Origin: a virus
Taxonomy: Duplodnaviria > Heunggongvirae > Uroviricota > Caudoviricetes
Length of the DNA: 64,000 nt
IMG/VR virus record: IMGVR_UViG_3300010396_000001
Location: 4,320-68,319 of that record
Reading direction: 5' to 3' (one strand)
In this document: positions 24,323 to 33,477 of the stretch, one piece after another
How positions within the stretch are numbered: the first letter of the stretch is position 1
Layout of the letters: every line of letters begins with the position of its first letter
Notes under the pieces: model-generated
Told to the model about the DNA's origin: nothing
What the model saw: the letters and a program-made list of their open reading frames with translations, nothing else
Database searches by the model: none
Translations under genes and position numbers: made by a program

Positions 24323-25071
24323 CCACCCCGCCGTCGCCCGGAGGTACCCCGGGCTACCTGCGCGAGCTGAAGACGCTGGCCCAGCAGGCCATCTCGCAGA
24401 CCTTCGTGGTCACCTACCCCGAGACCGACCCCCGGGGCGGCCAGCACCCGGTCTACTGCTCGCTGGAGTACCCGGTCAGCCCGGCTGCCTACCCGGCCCT
24501 GTGGGTCACCTACGCGCCCGCCCAGCTGCAGACAGCGGGCATCAGCTACACCGAGAATGACGCCGCGGGCAACTGGTATGCCCGCTGGCGGTTCTCCGGC
24601 ACGGTCTCCTTCACCGTGGCCGCCCTGGCCAACAACGAGCGCGACATGATCTACGACCAGCTGGTCAGCATCATCGCGTTTGCCTCCCAGTCCCAGGTGC
24701 CGAGTGCCTTCCGGGAGTTCATCGAGAACTCGCCGCTGATCGAGGTCACCTTTTCCTTTGACTCCCTGGAGTCAACCGGTCACTCCGAGGCGCCGGGAAC
24801 GCCCTGGGGCACCGTCGAGGTGATCTACGAGGACACCGTCTCGATCCAGGTGACCGGCGAGTTCACCTCGGACCCGGTGAGCCTTGCCCTGGTGCCGCTG
24901 CGCGAGATCACGGTCACCGCCTACGCTGCCGAGACGGGGTCCAGCCAGCCCGGCTCACTGGGCAGCTTCATGACCGACATCACGCAGAACTCCGTGCTCA
25001 GCCCGGATGAGAGCGTGATCGGCCCGGCCCTGTCCTCACCTGCTGCTGATCCCGGCGACGCTGGCTTCTGA
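24319..25071 (+). CDS. Putative tail terminator
   Basis: Immediately upstream of the sheath gene; EYP....YPALWV pattern. Confidence 0.55.
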   Translation: MTTPPSPGGTPGYLRELKTLAQQAISQTFVVTYPETDPRGGQHPVYCSLEYPVSPAAYPALWVTYAPAQLQTAGISYTENDAAGNWYARWRFSGTVSFTVAALANNERDMIYDQLVSIIAFASQSQVPSAFREFIENSPLIEVTFSFDSLESTGHSEAPGTPWGTVEVIYEDTVSIQVTGEFTSDPVSLALVPLREITVTAYAAETGSSQPGSLGSFMTDITQNSVLSPDESVIGPALSSPAADPGDAGF

Positions 25072-25223
25072 GGCCCGTTACCGAACTGAGACATACTTTT
25101 CCCGCTACTCGCGTGGGATGAGGCCCCCGCGCGCACCTATAGGAGAGGAAAGAGCAGCCGGGCGTACAACCCGGAGCCCCCGGCGCCTGCACGGAAGTAC
25201 CAGAGGGCGTCCCGGGAGGCAGC

Positions 25224-26756
25224 GTGACCATTCCAACCTTCTCGACGTATCAGCCTCCGGGCGTGTACGTCGAGAGCATCAACACCCCGATCGTCACGCC
25301 CACGGGGGTGCTGCCGCAGACGCTGACCCTGGTCGGCCCGTCGCTCGGCTACCGCACCGGCGTCCAGTCGTTCCTGATCTACGCCTCGGCCGGCTTCCAG
25401 CTGAGCTTCACCGGCGTGTTCACCACCGCGGTGACCGGGCCCCCGGCGATTGCCGCCCCCGTGGTCACGGTGACCTCCACCGGGGTGGTCCTGACCCTCG
25501 GGACGGACTACAGCCTCACGGTCACCCCGGATCCTTCCGGGAACTCCGCCCTGGCGGTTACCACCGTCAGCCGGGTCAGCAACTCCCCGAACATCTCCGA
25601 CGGCGCCCAGGTGACCATCACCTACAACTACGCCGACGTCACCTACTACCAGCCTCAGCTGTTCACCGACTTCAACTCGGTGGCCAACGCCTACGGCCCG
25701 GCCTTCGTCTCCTCGGTCCCGAGCGCCGTCGGTGCCACCCAGATTGCCAACCCGCTCACCTTCGCGGCCCAGCTGGCCTTCGACAACGGCGCGAACACGA
25801 TCATCGCCGTCGCGCTCAACCCGGCCGCCGGGAGCCTGGAGGCGCAGTACCAGGCCGCCTACGGACTGGTAGCCGCCAACTACGGGGCGACGATCATCGT
25901 GCCGGTGTGGGCGGACGACATCGCCCCGCCTGGCGGATCCAGCACCACGGCGTTCGCCCAGCAGCTGGCCAGTGACCTGAACGGAGCCTGCGTCTCCGCG
26001 GCCAACAACGGGTACCCGCGGATCGGCATCTTCGGCCTGCCCCGGCTGTACAACGAGTCCGTCGAGCCCGTCACCTCGTTCGCGGCCACGCTCGGCTCTG
26101 CGCGCCTGGTCCTGGTCTACCCCGAGGTCCTGCAGGTCTACAACAGCCTGACGGGCCAGGTTTTCACCGCCTCGGGCTGCTTCATGGCTGCTGCGGCGGG
26201 CGCGGTCCTGGCGACGCTGCCGGTCAGCACCGGCCTGACGGGCCAGACCCTGACGGGCTTCTCGATCACCCAGGCCGAGATCCAGGCCATGACCCCGGCT
26301 TTCATGAACGCCATCGCTGCGGCCGGCACGACCGTGATCTACCAGAACTGGCAGGGCGCGCTGCAGGTCCGGCAGGGCCTGACCACCAACCAGTCGGCGC
26401 TGAACTTCAGCGAGATCTCCCTGGTACGCCAGTCGGACGTGCTGCTGCTCGCCGTCCAGCAGGGCATGTCCCTGTCCGGGCTGATCGGCACCCCGATCAC
26501 CGCGACCACCATCTCCACGGTCCAGGCGGCCCTTACCGGGATCCTGGAGCAGCAGATCGCCCTGGGCAATTTCGCCAGCTACACGAATGTCTCGGTGACC
26601 GAGCAGCAGTACCCCGGCGGCGACCCGACGGTCATTGCCTGCACCTTCGACTGGCAGCCATTCATCCCGCTGAACTACATCACCGTGGTGCTGTCCATCA
26701 ACCTGACGACCGGGGCAGTGGCCACGCAGTCGTCGCAGAACGCAGTAGCGGCCTGA
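25224..26756 (+). CDS. Contractile tail sheath protein
   Basis: YQPPGVYVES N-terminus; QGLTT...EISLVRQ.D and PLNYITV C-terminus. Confidence 0.9.
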   Translation: MTIPTFSTYQPPGVYVESINTPIVTPTGVLPQTLTLVGPSLGYRTGVQSFLIYASAGFQLSFTGVFTTAVTGPPAIAAPVVTVTSTGVVLTLGTDYSLTVTPDPSGNSALAVTTVSRVSNSPNISDGAQVTITYNYADVTYYQPQLFTDFNSVANAYGPAFVSSVPSAVGATQIANPLTFAAQLAFDNGANTIIAVALNPAAGSLEAQYQAAYGLVAANYGATIIVPVWADDIAPPGGSSTTAFAQQLASDLNGACVSAANNGYPRIGIFGLPRLYNESVEPVTSFAATLGSARLVLVYPEVLQVYNSLTGQVFTASGCFMAAAAGAVLATLPVSTGLTGQTLTGFSITQAEIQAMTPAFMNAIAAAGTTVIYQNWQGALQVRQGLTTNQSALNFSEISLVRQSDVLLLAVQQGMSLSGLIGTPITATTISTVQAALTGILEQQIALGNFASYTNVSVTEQQYPGGDPTVIACTFDWQPFIPLNYITVVLSINLTTGAVATQSSQNAVAA

Positions 26757-26775
26757 GCAGGAAAGAAGACACGCT

Positions 26776-27300
26776 GTGGCAAGCACGACAGTCCGGGTAG
26801 TCGGCTCCGGCTACACCGTCCTTTCCTACAACAACAAGCCGATCGCCTACTGCGAGGGCTGGGAGGACTCGGGCCAGGCTGCCTTCTCCGACACCGGCCA
26901 GCCGTACCAGTTCATCCAGCCGATCGGGTATGAGCACCCCATCGAGGTGGCCACCTCGCGCGTGCTGTCCGGCGGCACGCTCATGATCACCGTGCGCGAG
27001 CTGTGGAATCAGCCCGTATGGTGGGCTCTGGCGGGCCTGACGGGCACCTGGTCGATCGTCGATATCTTCAAGAAGCTGGCGGCCAACCCGAACTACGTGG
27101 CCGCCTCGCTGGTCATCAAGCCGCCGGGCACGGCCAACACCCCGAGCCGCTGGCGGGGGAAGATCTACCACAATGTCACTGTCGTCGGCATCAATGACGG
27201 GGATACGATCACCGTCGGAGCGCTGGCCGTGACCAAGGGAATCACGGCAGTGTACACGCACTGGACGCCCCTGAACGCCAACAAGTTTCCGGGGACATAG
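26776..27300 (+). CDS. Tail tube protein
   Basis: 174 aa directly after the sheath gene; VRELWNQPVW and IYHNVTVV. Confidence 0.8.
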   Translation: MASTTVRVVGSGYTVLSYNNKPIAYCEGWEDSGQAAFSDTGQPYQFIQPIGYEHPIEVATSRVLSGGTLMITVRELWNQPVWWALAGLTGTWSIVDIFKKLAANPNYVAASLVIKPPGTANTPSRWRGKIYHNVTVVGINDGDTITVGALAVTKGITAVYTHWTPLNANKFPGT

Positions 27301-27304
27301 GAGC

Positions 27305-27332
27305 TTGACCTTTCTCCGGTATATGGTAGCGT
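27305..27332 (+). promoter_or_regulatory. SigA-like promoter for lsr2
   Basis: TTGACC-16-TAGCGT. Confidence 0.55.
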
Positions 27333-27371
27333 TGCCTTTCTGCGGACCATTAGCCGGAGAAAGGAACTGCG

Positions 27372-27722
27372 TTGCAGAAGACCCTCGTCACCCTGCTCGA
27401 CGACCTCACCCCCGGGGCTGAGGTCGAGGCCACCCACTCGGTGCGCTTCAGCTTCGCCGGGACCGATTACGAGATCGACCTGGCCGAGCACAACTTCAAG
27501 GCCATGGAGGCCGCTCTCGCGCCGTACATCGACGCGGCCCGCACGGCACCGCGCTCCGCGCCCGGCCGGGAGCGCGGGGCGCGCACCCCGGCTCAGCGCC
27601 AGAACTCGAAGAATGCCCGCCAGTGGCTGCTCGCGAGGGGCCACATCAGCTCGGAGCGAGGCCGTATCCCCGCCGAGAAGCTGAAGATCTGGACCGACGC
27701 CGGCAGCCCGGAGGTGTCCTGA
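27372..27722 (+). CDS. lsr2: Lsr2-like nucleoid-associated protein
   Basis: LLDDL...YEIDL...N dimerisation domain; ARQW...G..ERGRIP DNA-binding motif. Confidence 0.9.
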   Translation: MQKTLVTLLDDLTPGAEVEATHSVRFSFAGTDYEIDLAEHNFKAMEAALAPYIDAARTAPRSAPGRERGARTPAQRQNSKNARQWLLARGHISSERGRIPAEKLKIWTDAGSPEVS

Positions 27723-27725
27723 GCG

Positions 27726-27905
27726 ATGCCCCCCCAGGTGAGCTACGCAGTGACGCCGGAAGAGGCCGAGCGCCTCCTGGCGCCGCTGCCGGATGACGAC
27801 CAGGCGTGCCCCTGCGGGCACTGCGGGAAGACCAACCGCCAGCAGCGGCTGGCGGCGCTCCTGAGCCGCCCGATGCTGGCGCCGGACCCGGCGCCGGAAG
27901 CATAG
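27726..27905 (+). CDS. Small hypothetical protein
   Basis: 59 aa translated by hand; CPCGHC. Confidence 0.45.
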   Translation: MPPQVSYAVTPEEAERLLAPLPDDDQACPCGHCGKTNRQQRLAALLSRPMLAPDPAPEA

Positions 27906-27924
27906 GCGGGGATCCACGGCAGAG

Positions 27925-27956
27925 GCCCGGCCGGACGCGAGTCCGGCCGGGCTTTT
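27925..27956 (+). terminator. Intrinsic terminator
   Basis: 12-bp stem GCCCGGCCGGAC, GCGA loop, TTTT tail. Confidence 0.85.
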
Positions 27957-28017
27957 GTCGTCCCGGTCCACGGAAGCTGTGACGCTCCGCATGTTCCCGG
28001 CCGGAAGGACCCCCTCC

Positions 28018-28341
28018 ATGACTACCCCTGCCGCAGGCCCTACCGTCTCGGTAGCGACGGACAAGGCCTCCTACAACGTCGGCGACCCGATCACGGTCAC
28101 CGCCACCTATGCCGACGACCAGACGGTCACCGACCAGCTGACGGTCACCGTCACCGTGACCGATGCCGCGGGCAACAGCGCCACCGGCACGACGCAGGCC
28201 GGGGTCACCGTGGTGGCGCCGCAGCCGATGACCGCGACGGTCTCGGACTCCTTCGGCGACGCCTACACCGAGCAGCCCGACCAGCCCGTCGGCACCGCCG
28301 TGTTCACCTCCACGGTCGGGACGCCGCCCGCCAGCGCGTGA
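28018..28341 (+). CDS. Ig-like beta-sandwich virion protein
   Basis: TDKASYNVGDPITVTATY...TVTVTDAAG. Confidence 0.65.
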   Translation: MTTPAAGPTVSVATDKASYNVGDPITVTATYADDQTVTDQLTVTVTVTDAAGNSATGTTQAGVTVVAPQPMTATVSDSFGDAYTEQPDQPVGTAVFTSTVGTPPASA

Positions 28342-28502
28342 GCACCCTCACCATCGCGGTCACGGTCACTGACGCCGCCGGGCAGGTTGCCACGGCGTCG
28401 GTGGACGTGCCCGTCACCGATCCCCCGCCGCAGCCCGCCGGGGCACTCCCGGCGGCTGACATCGCCGAGCGGTCCCGGCAGAGATGGAATCAGGTCAGAT
28501 GA
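28338..28502 (+). CDS. Short partial duplicate of the preceding Ig-like protein
   Basis: 54 aa translated by hand; VTVTDAAG repeated; 4-bp overlaps. Confidence 0.45.
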   Translation: MSTLTIAVTVTDAAGQVATASVDVPVTDPPPQPAGALPAADIAERSRQRWNQVR

Positions 28503-28681
28503 GCGCTCCAGTCACGCCGGACGCCGCCGAGGTCGCTGTCCGCACGCCCGGCATGAAGGTAGAGGTCAGGGCTTGTGCCGTCGCCGACGGCAACGTCGAG
28601 TGCGCTGTCGAGGTTAACGGCCAGAAGGTGTGCCTGACCTTCACCGGCACCGACATCCTCGTGGACTTCGCCGGTGGCTGA
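28499..28681 (+). CDS. Hypothetical protein
   Basis: Coupled small ORF. Confidence 0.5.
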   Translation: MSAPVTPDAAEVAVRTPGMKVEVRACAVADGNVECAVEVNGQKVCLTFTGTDILVDFAGG

Positions 28682-29216
28682 GGCCGTCCCCGGGACCCCG
28701 GAGGTCCCTGTCCCGCAGGCCGACGGCTCGCCGCTGGAATTCGGCGAGCCGGACGGCCAGTGGCACATGGACTTCCAGGGACTGCTGCACCTCGGCTACC
28801 TCACCGCCAGCTTCGAGTGGTGCGGTCACAAGATCGTGATCAAGACCCTCAACGGCCGCGAGGACCTGCTGATCGCCTCCCTGATCCGCGACTGGGATGC
28901 CACCATCGGGGCCACGAAGGCCTACGCCATTGCCGTCGCCGGCCTGTCGGTGCTGTGGATCGACGGCCAGCCGATGCCCACCCCGCTCGGCGAGGACGAG
29001 TCCAATCCTGACCGCTGGGCCGCTGAGCGGTTCGCCTATGCCCAGCGCTGGTTCGAGCCGACCATCAACGCGATCTTCAATGCTCACCTGAAATTGCTGG
29101 CGCGGGTGAGCGAGGTGGTCACCGAGATGGGAAAAGAGCCGGCTCCAGCTGGCTGGAGCGACAGCTCAGGATCGCTGGCTCCCGGGGACTTCTCTCCGGC
29201 CGCTCCGTCTCTGTAG
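28674..29216 (+). CDS. Tail assembly chaperone (short form)
   Basis: Lies between tube and tape measure; contains the slippery GGGAAAA at 29129-29135. Confidence 0.8.
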   Translation: MAEAVPGTPEVPVPQADGSPLEFGEPDGQWHMDFQGLLHLGYLTASFEWCGHKIVIKTLNGREDLLIASLIRDWDATIGATKAYAIAVAGLSVLWIDGQPMPTPLGEDESNPDRWAAERFAYAQRWFEPTINAIFNAHLKLLARVSEVVTEMGKEPAPAGWSDSSGSLAPGDFSPAAPSL

Positions 29217-29554
29217 TCCAGGAGCTGGGCGCCCAGCTGCTCTACTTCCTGGACGGCCAGAAGGCTGAGGCCGCCCGGCTGGAGCGCGCCAAGGCCGCCG
29301 CAGTGGCCGCCCGGCGGCTGCTTCCCGAGATCGCCTGGCCCGAGTTCTTCGCCAGCCAGGATGACAACGCCGTCCCGGCGGCGGACGCGGACATGAGCGG
29401 CTTCGAGTGGGAGCATCCCACCCCCGAGTCCTTTGAGAAGGACCTGGCAGCCGTCATGGCGTCTTCCGAGCACGTCGGGCTGCGCGAGCCGCCGGACATG
29501 CCGCAGCCGTCCGAGCGCCCGCCGCTGCTTCCGGCTGACCTGGAGTGGACATGA
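28674..29554 (+). CDS. Tail assembly chaperone, -1 frameshift long form
   Basis: The -1 frame from G-GGA-AAA is open to TGA 29554. Confidence 0.75.
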
Positions 29555-29576
29555 CCGGGAAGCCCTGGAGGCACCC

Positions 29577-32021
29577 GTGACCACTCCCTCATTCGGCGGC
29601 CGGCCTGAGCAGAACGTCAACCCCGGAGCTGACTTCCAGCTGGCCGAGGGCTTCGGCCAGCTGGTCAACAGCATTCAGGGCCTGCAGGCGGTCATCGGCC
29701 AGCAGACCTCGATGCTGGAGCGCACGGCCAGCGCCCAGGCCCGGTACTCGGTAGCGGGCCTGCAGATGCCCCAGGTGACCCAGGCCGCCCTGCAGTCCAT
29801 TCAGGCCGCGGGCGGGATGACGCCGGGCATGACCGGGCCCGCCTCCCAGATGACCGGCGTCGGCGCCCTGTCATCGCTGCAGAACCTGCAGGTCTACACC
29901 AGCCAGCGGATCGGCCAGTGGATGGCTGGCGTCCCGCTGTTCCAGCAGGGCGGGGGCCAGCAGGCTCCGGCTGCGCCTGCTACCGACGTCCGTGGCACTC
30001 CGGGCATGACGCCTCCCGGCATGCCGAACTCTGCCGCGGTGCCCGCCGGGGCGGGAGCCCAGGCCTACAACCAGGCTGCTGCGGCAGCAGCCCAGGCCAC
30101 GGTGGCGGCCATTCAGGCGGCAGCAGGCATCGGGCCAGGAGTCGGCGGCACCGGCGGGCCCGGCGGTCCTGGTCCCGGAGGACCAGGCGGCCCGGCGCCC
30201 GGAGGCCCTCCCCCGGGCGGCCTTCCGGGCGGCGGCACGACCGTGCAGCGGTACATGCAGCTGGCGGGGGCCCGGATCGCGATGTCCGGGGGCTCTCCCG
30301 GCGGCCTGATCAGCGCGGTGCGCGGGCTGCCGGTCATCGGCACGGCGCTGGACATCCTGCAGCACGGGACGAGCTTCTTCCAGGGCCAGTGGGCTGCCGG
30401 GCGCCAGTTCCAGGAGGCCGAGGGCGGTACCAACCTCGGCGGTCAGGCCGAGCGCTTCCACCAGGCGATCTACCAGGCGTCCATGGCCCTGACCCCGATG
30501 GGGGCCGGGGCTGCCGGCCAGGCTTTCAACGACGTGACCGCGATGGGCTACAACCGGGCCGCGCCGGTCGAGGAGCAGCAGGGCGCGGCCACCGGGCAGA
30601 ATCGCATGGGTGCCCTGAACTTCATCTACTCGAATTTCACCGGCTCGGGCATGTCTGTGGACCAGTCGGCTCAGATCCTGCAGACGGCATCGCAGAATTC
30701 AGCAATATCCCTGCAGAATCTCACCCAGGTGCTGAAGACTCTCTCTGATACGGCGGGGAAGGCAGGAACCAACGCTGATCAGGCCCGTCAGTCGTTTGAG
30801 CAGACATTCCAGGCGGCCATTCATGCCGGAGCAGGGCCAGGTGCCCCGCAGCTGGCCGGAGCCGTGGCGGCAACTCAGGCGTCTTACGGGAAGCAATTTG
30901 CGGGAACGAGTTTCGCCGGTGAGCTGAGCATGACCCGGTCCTATATGCTATCTGGACAGTACGGTATTCTCCCGGCTCAGCTGCAGTATCTTCAGCGGAA
31001 TAACCCGCAGCAGGCAGCTAACATGATAGCCGGGCAGAACCTGGGCTTTATCCAGAACGAGCTTGGCCTTTCCCAGACCGATCTGGCCCAGCTGCAGAAG
31101 ATCATTCAGGAGCACGGCGGGAACAATTCCATGAGTTCTCCCGATGCCGTGGACCAGGTTGCCCAGCAATGGCTCAACTGGGGAGATGCTAACGATCCCG
31201 GAGCCTTTAACGTTGACATCTGGGCTCAGGTACTCAGCTCCCTGACCAATATCCCGCTGACGCCTGCCAACGTTGCCCAGTGGATCGTCAAGCAGGTGGC
31301 CGGGCAGAACGAGGCCTCCCAGGCGGCCAAGATGCCCGCGCCGGGCGGCACCGGAACCAGGTCGGGCTCGGCTACCGTCCCCGCTTCCCGCGCCGGCAGT
31401 GCCGTCAGCGGCCAGTACGGTCTCGCGAAGGCTGTCGAGGGGTCGATGAATGGCGTCTCGTCGCGCCTGATCGGCCCGACCGGCGCCAAGACGTGGCAGC
31501 AGGTGCTGACCGGCAAGTCGGGCTCGGCCGCCCAGGCCTACCTCTCCGAGGAGAAGAAGTCAGGCCAGCGCTCGCCGGTGCTGGAGGCCCTGCTGCAGAA
31601 CCTGGGCGCAGGAACCCAGGTCCAGGTGCAGACCAAGACGGGGCCGCGCGTGATGAACCTGACCGACGCGGTGAAGTACTACCCCGACGAGCTGATGGCC
31701 GGCAACGCGATGTTCTTCAGCGCCAGCGGCAAGACCATGCTCGGCACCACCTCGCAGATCACGCACGGGCTGACCGACCCGAACGAGCCGGTCTCCGGCG
31801 AGGAGCACCAGGTCGCAGGCTCGAACCTCGGTGTCTCGCTGAAGAGCTGGCGGCGGCAGCATGGCAGCACCTACCTCAATGCCGGCACCGGCAAGAGCGT
31901 GACGATCAACCTGTCGTCGGAGGCCAAGCAGCTGCTGAAGCTGCTGCCCACCAACAGCGACCAGGCGGCGGCCTCCGGGACCGTTCCGGCGGTGCCGTGG
32001 CCCTCCGTGTCGTCGCGCTGA
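29577..32021 (+). CDS. Tape measure protein
   Basis: About 814 aa, Ala/Gly/Gln-rich, after the chaperone; GGAGG RBS before GTG 29577. Confidence 0.8.
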   Translation: MTTPSFGGRPEQNVNPGADFQLAEGFGQLVNSIQGLQAVIGQQTSMLERTASAQARYSVAGLQMPQVTQAALQSIQAAGGMTPGMTGPASQMTGVGALSSLQNLQVYTSQRIGQWMAGVPLFQQGGGQQAPAAPATDVRGTPGMTPPGMPNSAAVPAGAGAQAYNQAAAAAAQATVAAIQAAAGIGPGVGGTGGPGGPGPGGPGGPAPGGPPPGGLPGGGTTVQRYMQLAGARIAMSGGSPGGLISAVRGLPVIGTALDILQHGTSFFQGQWAAGRQFQEAEGGTNLGGQAERFHQAIYQASMALTPMGAGAAGQAFNDVTAMGYNRAAPVEEQQGAATGQNRMGALNFIYSNFTGSGMSVDQSAQILQTASQNSAISLQNLTQVLKTLSDTAGKAGTNADQARQSFEQTFQAAIHAGAGPGAPQLAGAVAATQASYGKQFAGTSFAGELSMTRSYMLSGQYGILPAQLQYLQRNNPQQAANMIAGQNLGFIQNELGLSQTDLAQLQKIIQEHGGNNSMSSPDAVDQVAQQWLNWGDANDPGAFNVDIWAQVLSSLTNIPLTPANVAQWIVKQVAGQNEASQAAKMPAPGGTGTRSGSATVPASRAGSAVSGQYGLAKAVEGSMNGVSSRLIGPTGAKTWQQVLTGKSGSAAQAYLSEEKKSGQRSPVLEALLQNLGAGTQVQVQTKTGPRVMNLTDAVKYYPDELMAGNAMFFSASGKTMLGTTSQITHGLTDPNEPVSGEEHQVAGSNLGVSLKSWRRQHGSTYLNAGTGKSVTINLSSEAKQLLKLLPTNSDQAAASGTVPAVPWPSVSSR

Positions 32022-32043
32022 CTAGCAGTTTCTCCGGAATCGC

Positions 32044-32072
32044 TTGACCGGCCGTTACCGCGCTGTTAGCGT
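32044..32072 (+). promoter_or_regulatory. SigA-like promoter for the LysM-Rpf and NlpC/P60 pair
   Basis: TTGACC-17-TAGCGT. Confidence 0.7.
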
Positions 32073-32152
32073 CTCGGCCAATTGACGTCTAGGCATGCTG
32101 CCCCCTCTCGGGGGATGGGCCCCGAGGACGTTACGCCGAGGACTGGAGTCTC

Positions 32153-32872
32153 ATGCCAGCCGTTCGCAAAGTCAATCCTGCCCTGTACCTGTTCGTCCTC
32201 GCTGCCACCCTGGTAGCTGTCTTCTACCCCGTTTCCCGCGCTTCATTTGCCCCCGCCGCCAGGGCTATGGCGGTTTCTTCATATCACGGGCCGGATGCCT
32301 CTCTGAAGGCCTACCGGGCCGCTGCCCCGCGCTCCTACCGGGTGCACGCCGGCGACACGCTGTCCTCGATCGCCGCCGCCCAGCTCGGCTCTGCCGCGCG
32401 CTGGGACGCGCTGTGGTGGGTGAACCGCGGCCACGTGCCCAACCCGGACGAGATCATCGCCGGCGAGGACCTGAGCCTGCCCATGGCGTCCCTGCAGGGC
32501 CAGTGGCTGGCCCGCCGCGCCCTGGATGCCGTTCCCCGGCCCCCGGCCCCCAAGCCCGTGATCGCGGATGAGTCAGCTCCCGCGCCCCCGTCAGGGCCTG
32601 CGCCCGCGCCTCCCGTCAGCTCGACAGGAGGCGGTGGTGTCGGCGGTGCCTTCGGCGCCTGCGTGCGCCTGCGCGAGAACGACAACAGCTATGCCTGGGG
32701 CACTGGCGATGGCGGCGGTGCCTACCAGTTCGAGCCCGCTACCTGGGCCAGCGGCAACGGCGGCAGCATGGCCGGCTACGGCACCGCCGGCCCGGCCTGG
32801 CAGGACCAGGTGTTCCTCAGCGTCTACGCCCAGGACGGCACGAGTCCCTGGGCTCCCTCGGACGGTTGCTGA
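32153..32872 (+). CDS. Secreted LysM plus Rpf-like transglycosylase protein
   Basis: N-terminal hydrophobic helix; YRVHAGDTLSSIA LysM; CVRLRE...GGAYQF...TW...Q...WAPSDGC Rpf-like domain. Confidence 0.85.
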   Translation: MPAVRKVNPALYLFVLAATLVAVFYPVSRASFAPAARAMAVSSYHGPDASLKAYRAAAPRSYRVHAGDTLSSIAAAQLGSAARWDALWWVNRGHVPNPDEIIAGEDLSLPMASLQGQWLARRALDAVPRPPAPKPVIADESAPAPPSGPAPAPPVSSTGGGGVGGAFGACVRLRENDNSYAWGTGDGGGAYQFEPATWASGNGGSMAGYGTAGPAWQDQVFLSVYAQDGTSPWAPSDGC

Positions 32873-32874
32873 CA

Positions 32875-33450
32875 ATGCGCGAGCGCCTGAAGCGCCTGGC
32901 AGGCATTGCCGCGGTCGCCTTCTGCATCGGCATCGCGGGCCACTCGGCCAGCCATGCGCCGATGCATATCCGCACGGACCAGCCCCGGCCTCTCGTGCCG
33001 GCTCTGCGCACCTTTCAGCCGGTGCACGTCCAGCTCGACGCCTATGATTCGAGCGGCGGAGGGGGCACCGGCGGCAGCGGCGGATCCGCCCGGGCACCGG
33101 CCCGGCTGCGCGCCTACCGCTGGGCCACCGGCAACGCCAGCGGCTGCTGGTACGCCTGGGCGGGCGCCGGGCCCTGCCGGGCCGGATATGACTGCTCCGG
33201 CCTGGTGATGCGGGCCTGGGAGGCAGCCGGGGTGAGCCTGCCCCACAACGTGGCGGCGATGCTGGAGAGCGGCAAGCTGCGGCGCATCCCGGCACGCGAC
33301 GCCCGCCGCGGGGACCTGGCCGTGTGGGGCGATTACCACGTCGAGCTGGTGGCCTACCTCAGCCGCTGGACGTTCGGGGCCCAGCAGTCCGGCACCCGCG
33401 TGTGGTGGCACCGGACCTGGGGATCCCCGGCCTACTACCGGGTGGTCTGA
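32875..33450 (+). CDS. Secreted NlpC/P60 peptidoglycan endopeptidase
   Basis: Signal-like N-terminus; YDCSGLV, GDLAVW, HVEL. Confidence 0.88.
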   Translation: MRERLKRLAGIAAVAFCIGIAGHSASHAPMHIRTDQPRPLVPALRTFQPVHVQLDAYDSSGGGGTGGSGGSARAPARLRAYRWATGNASGCWYAWAGAGPCRAGYDCSGLVMRAWEAAGVSLPHNVAAMLESGKLRRIPARDARRGDLAVWGDYHVELVAYLSRWTFGAQQSGTRVWWHRTWGSPAYYRVV

Positions 33451-33477
33451 GGACCGGGGCGCCCTGAGCCCGCGCCC

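Noticed and set aside
30130-30240. Gly/Pro run in the tape measure as collagen or a DNA tandem repeat
   Set aside because: No sustained G-X-Y register and no exact nucleotide periodicity; it is a low-complexity linker.
32073-32152. c-di-AMP (ydaO) riboswitch before the Rpf-like gene
   Set aside because: The leader is too short and lacks the GCUGAAUCC, GGGGAA and CAGCUAA consensus blocks.
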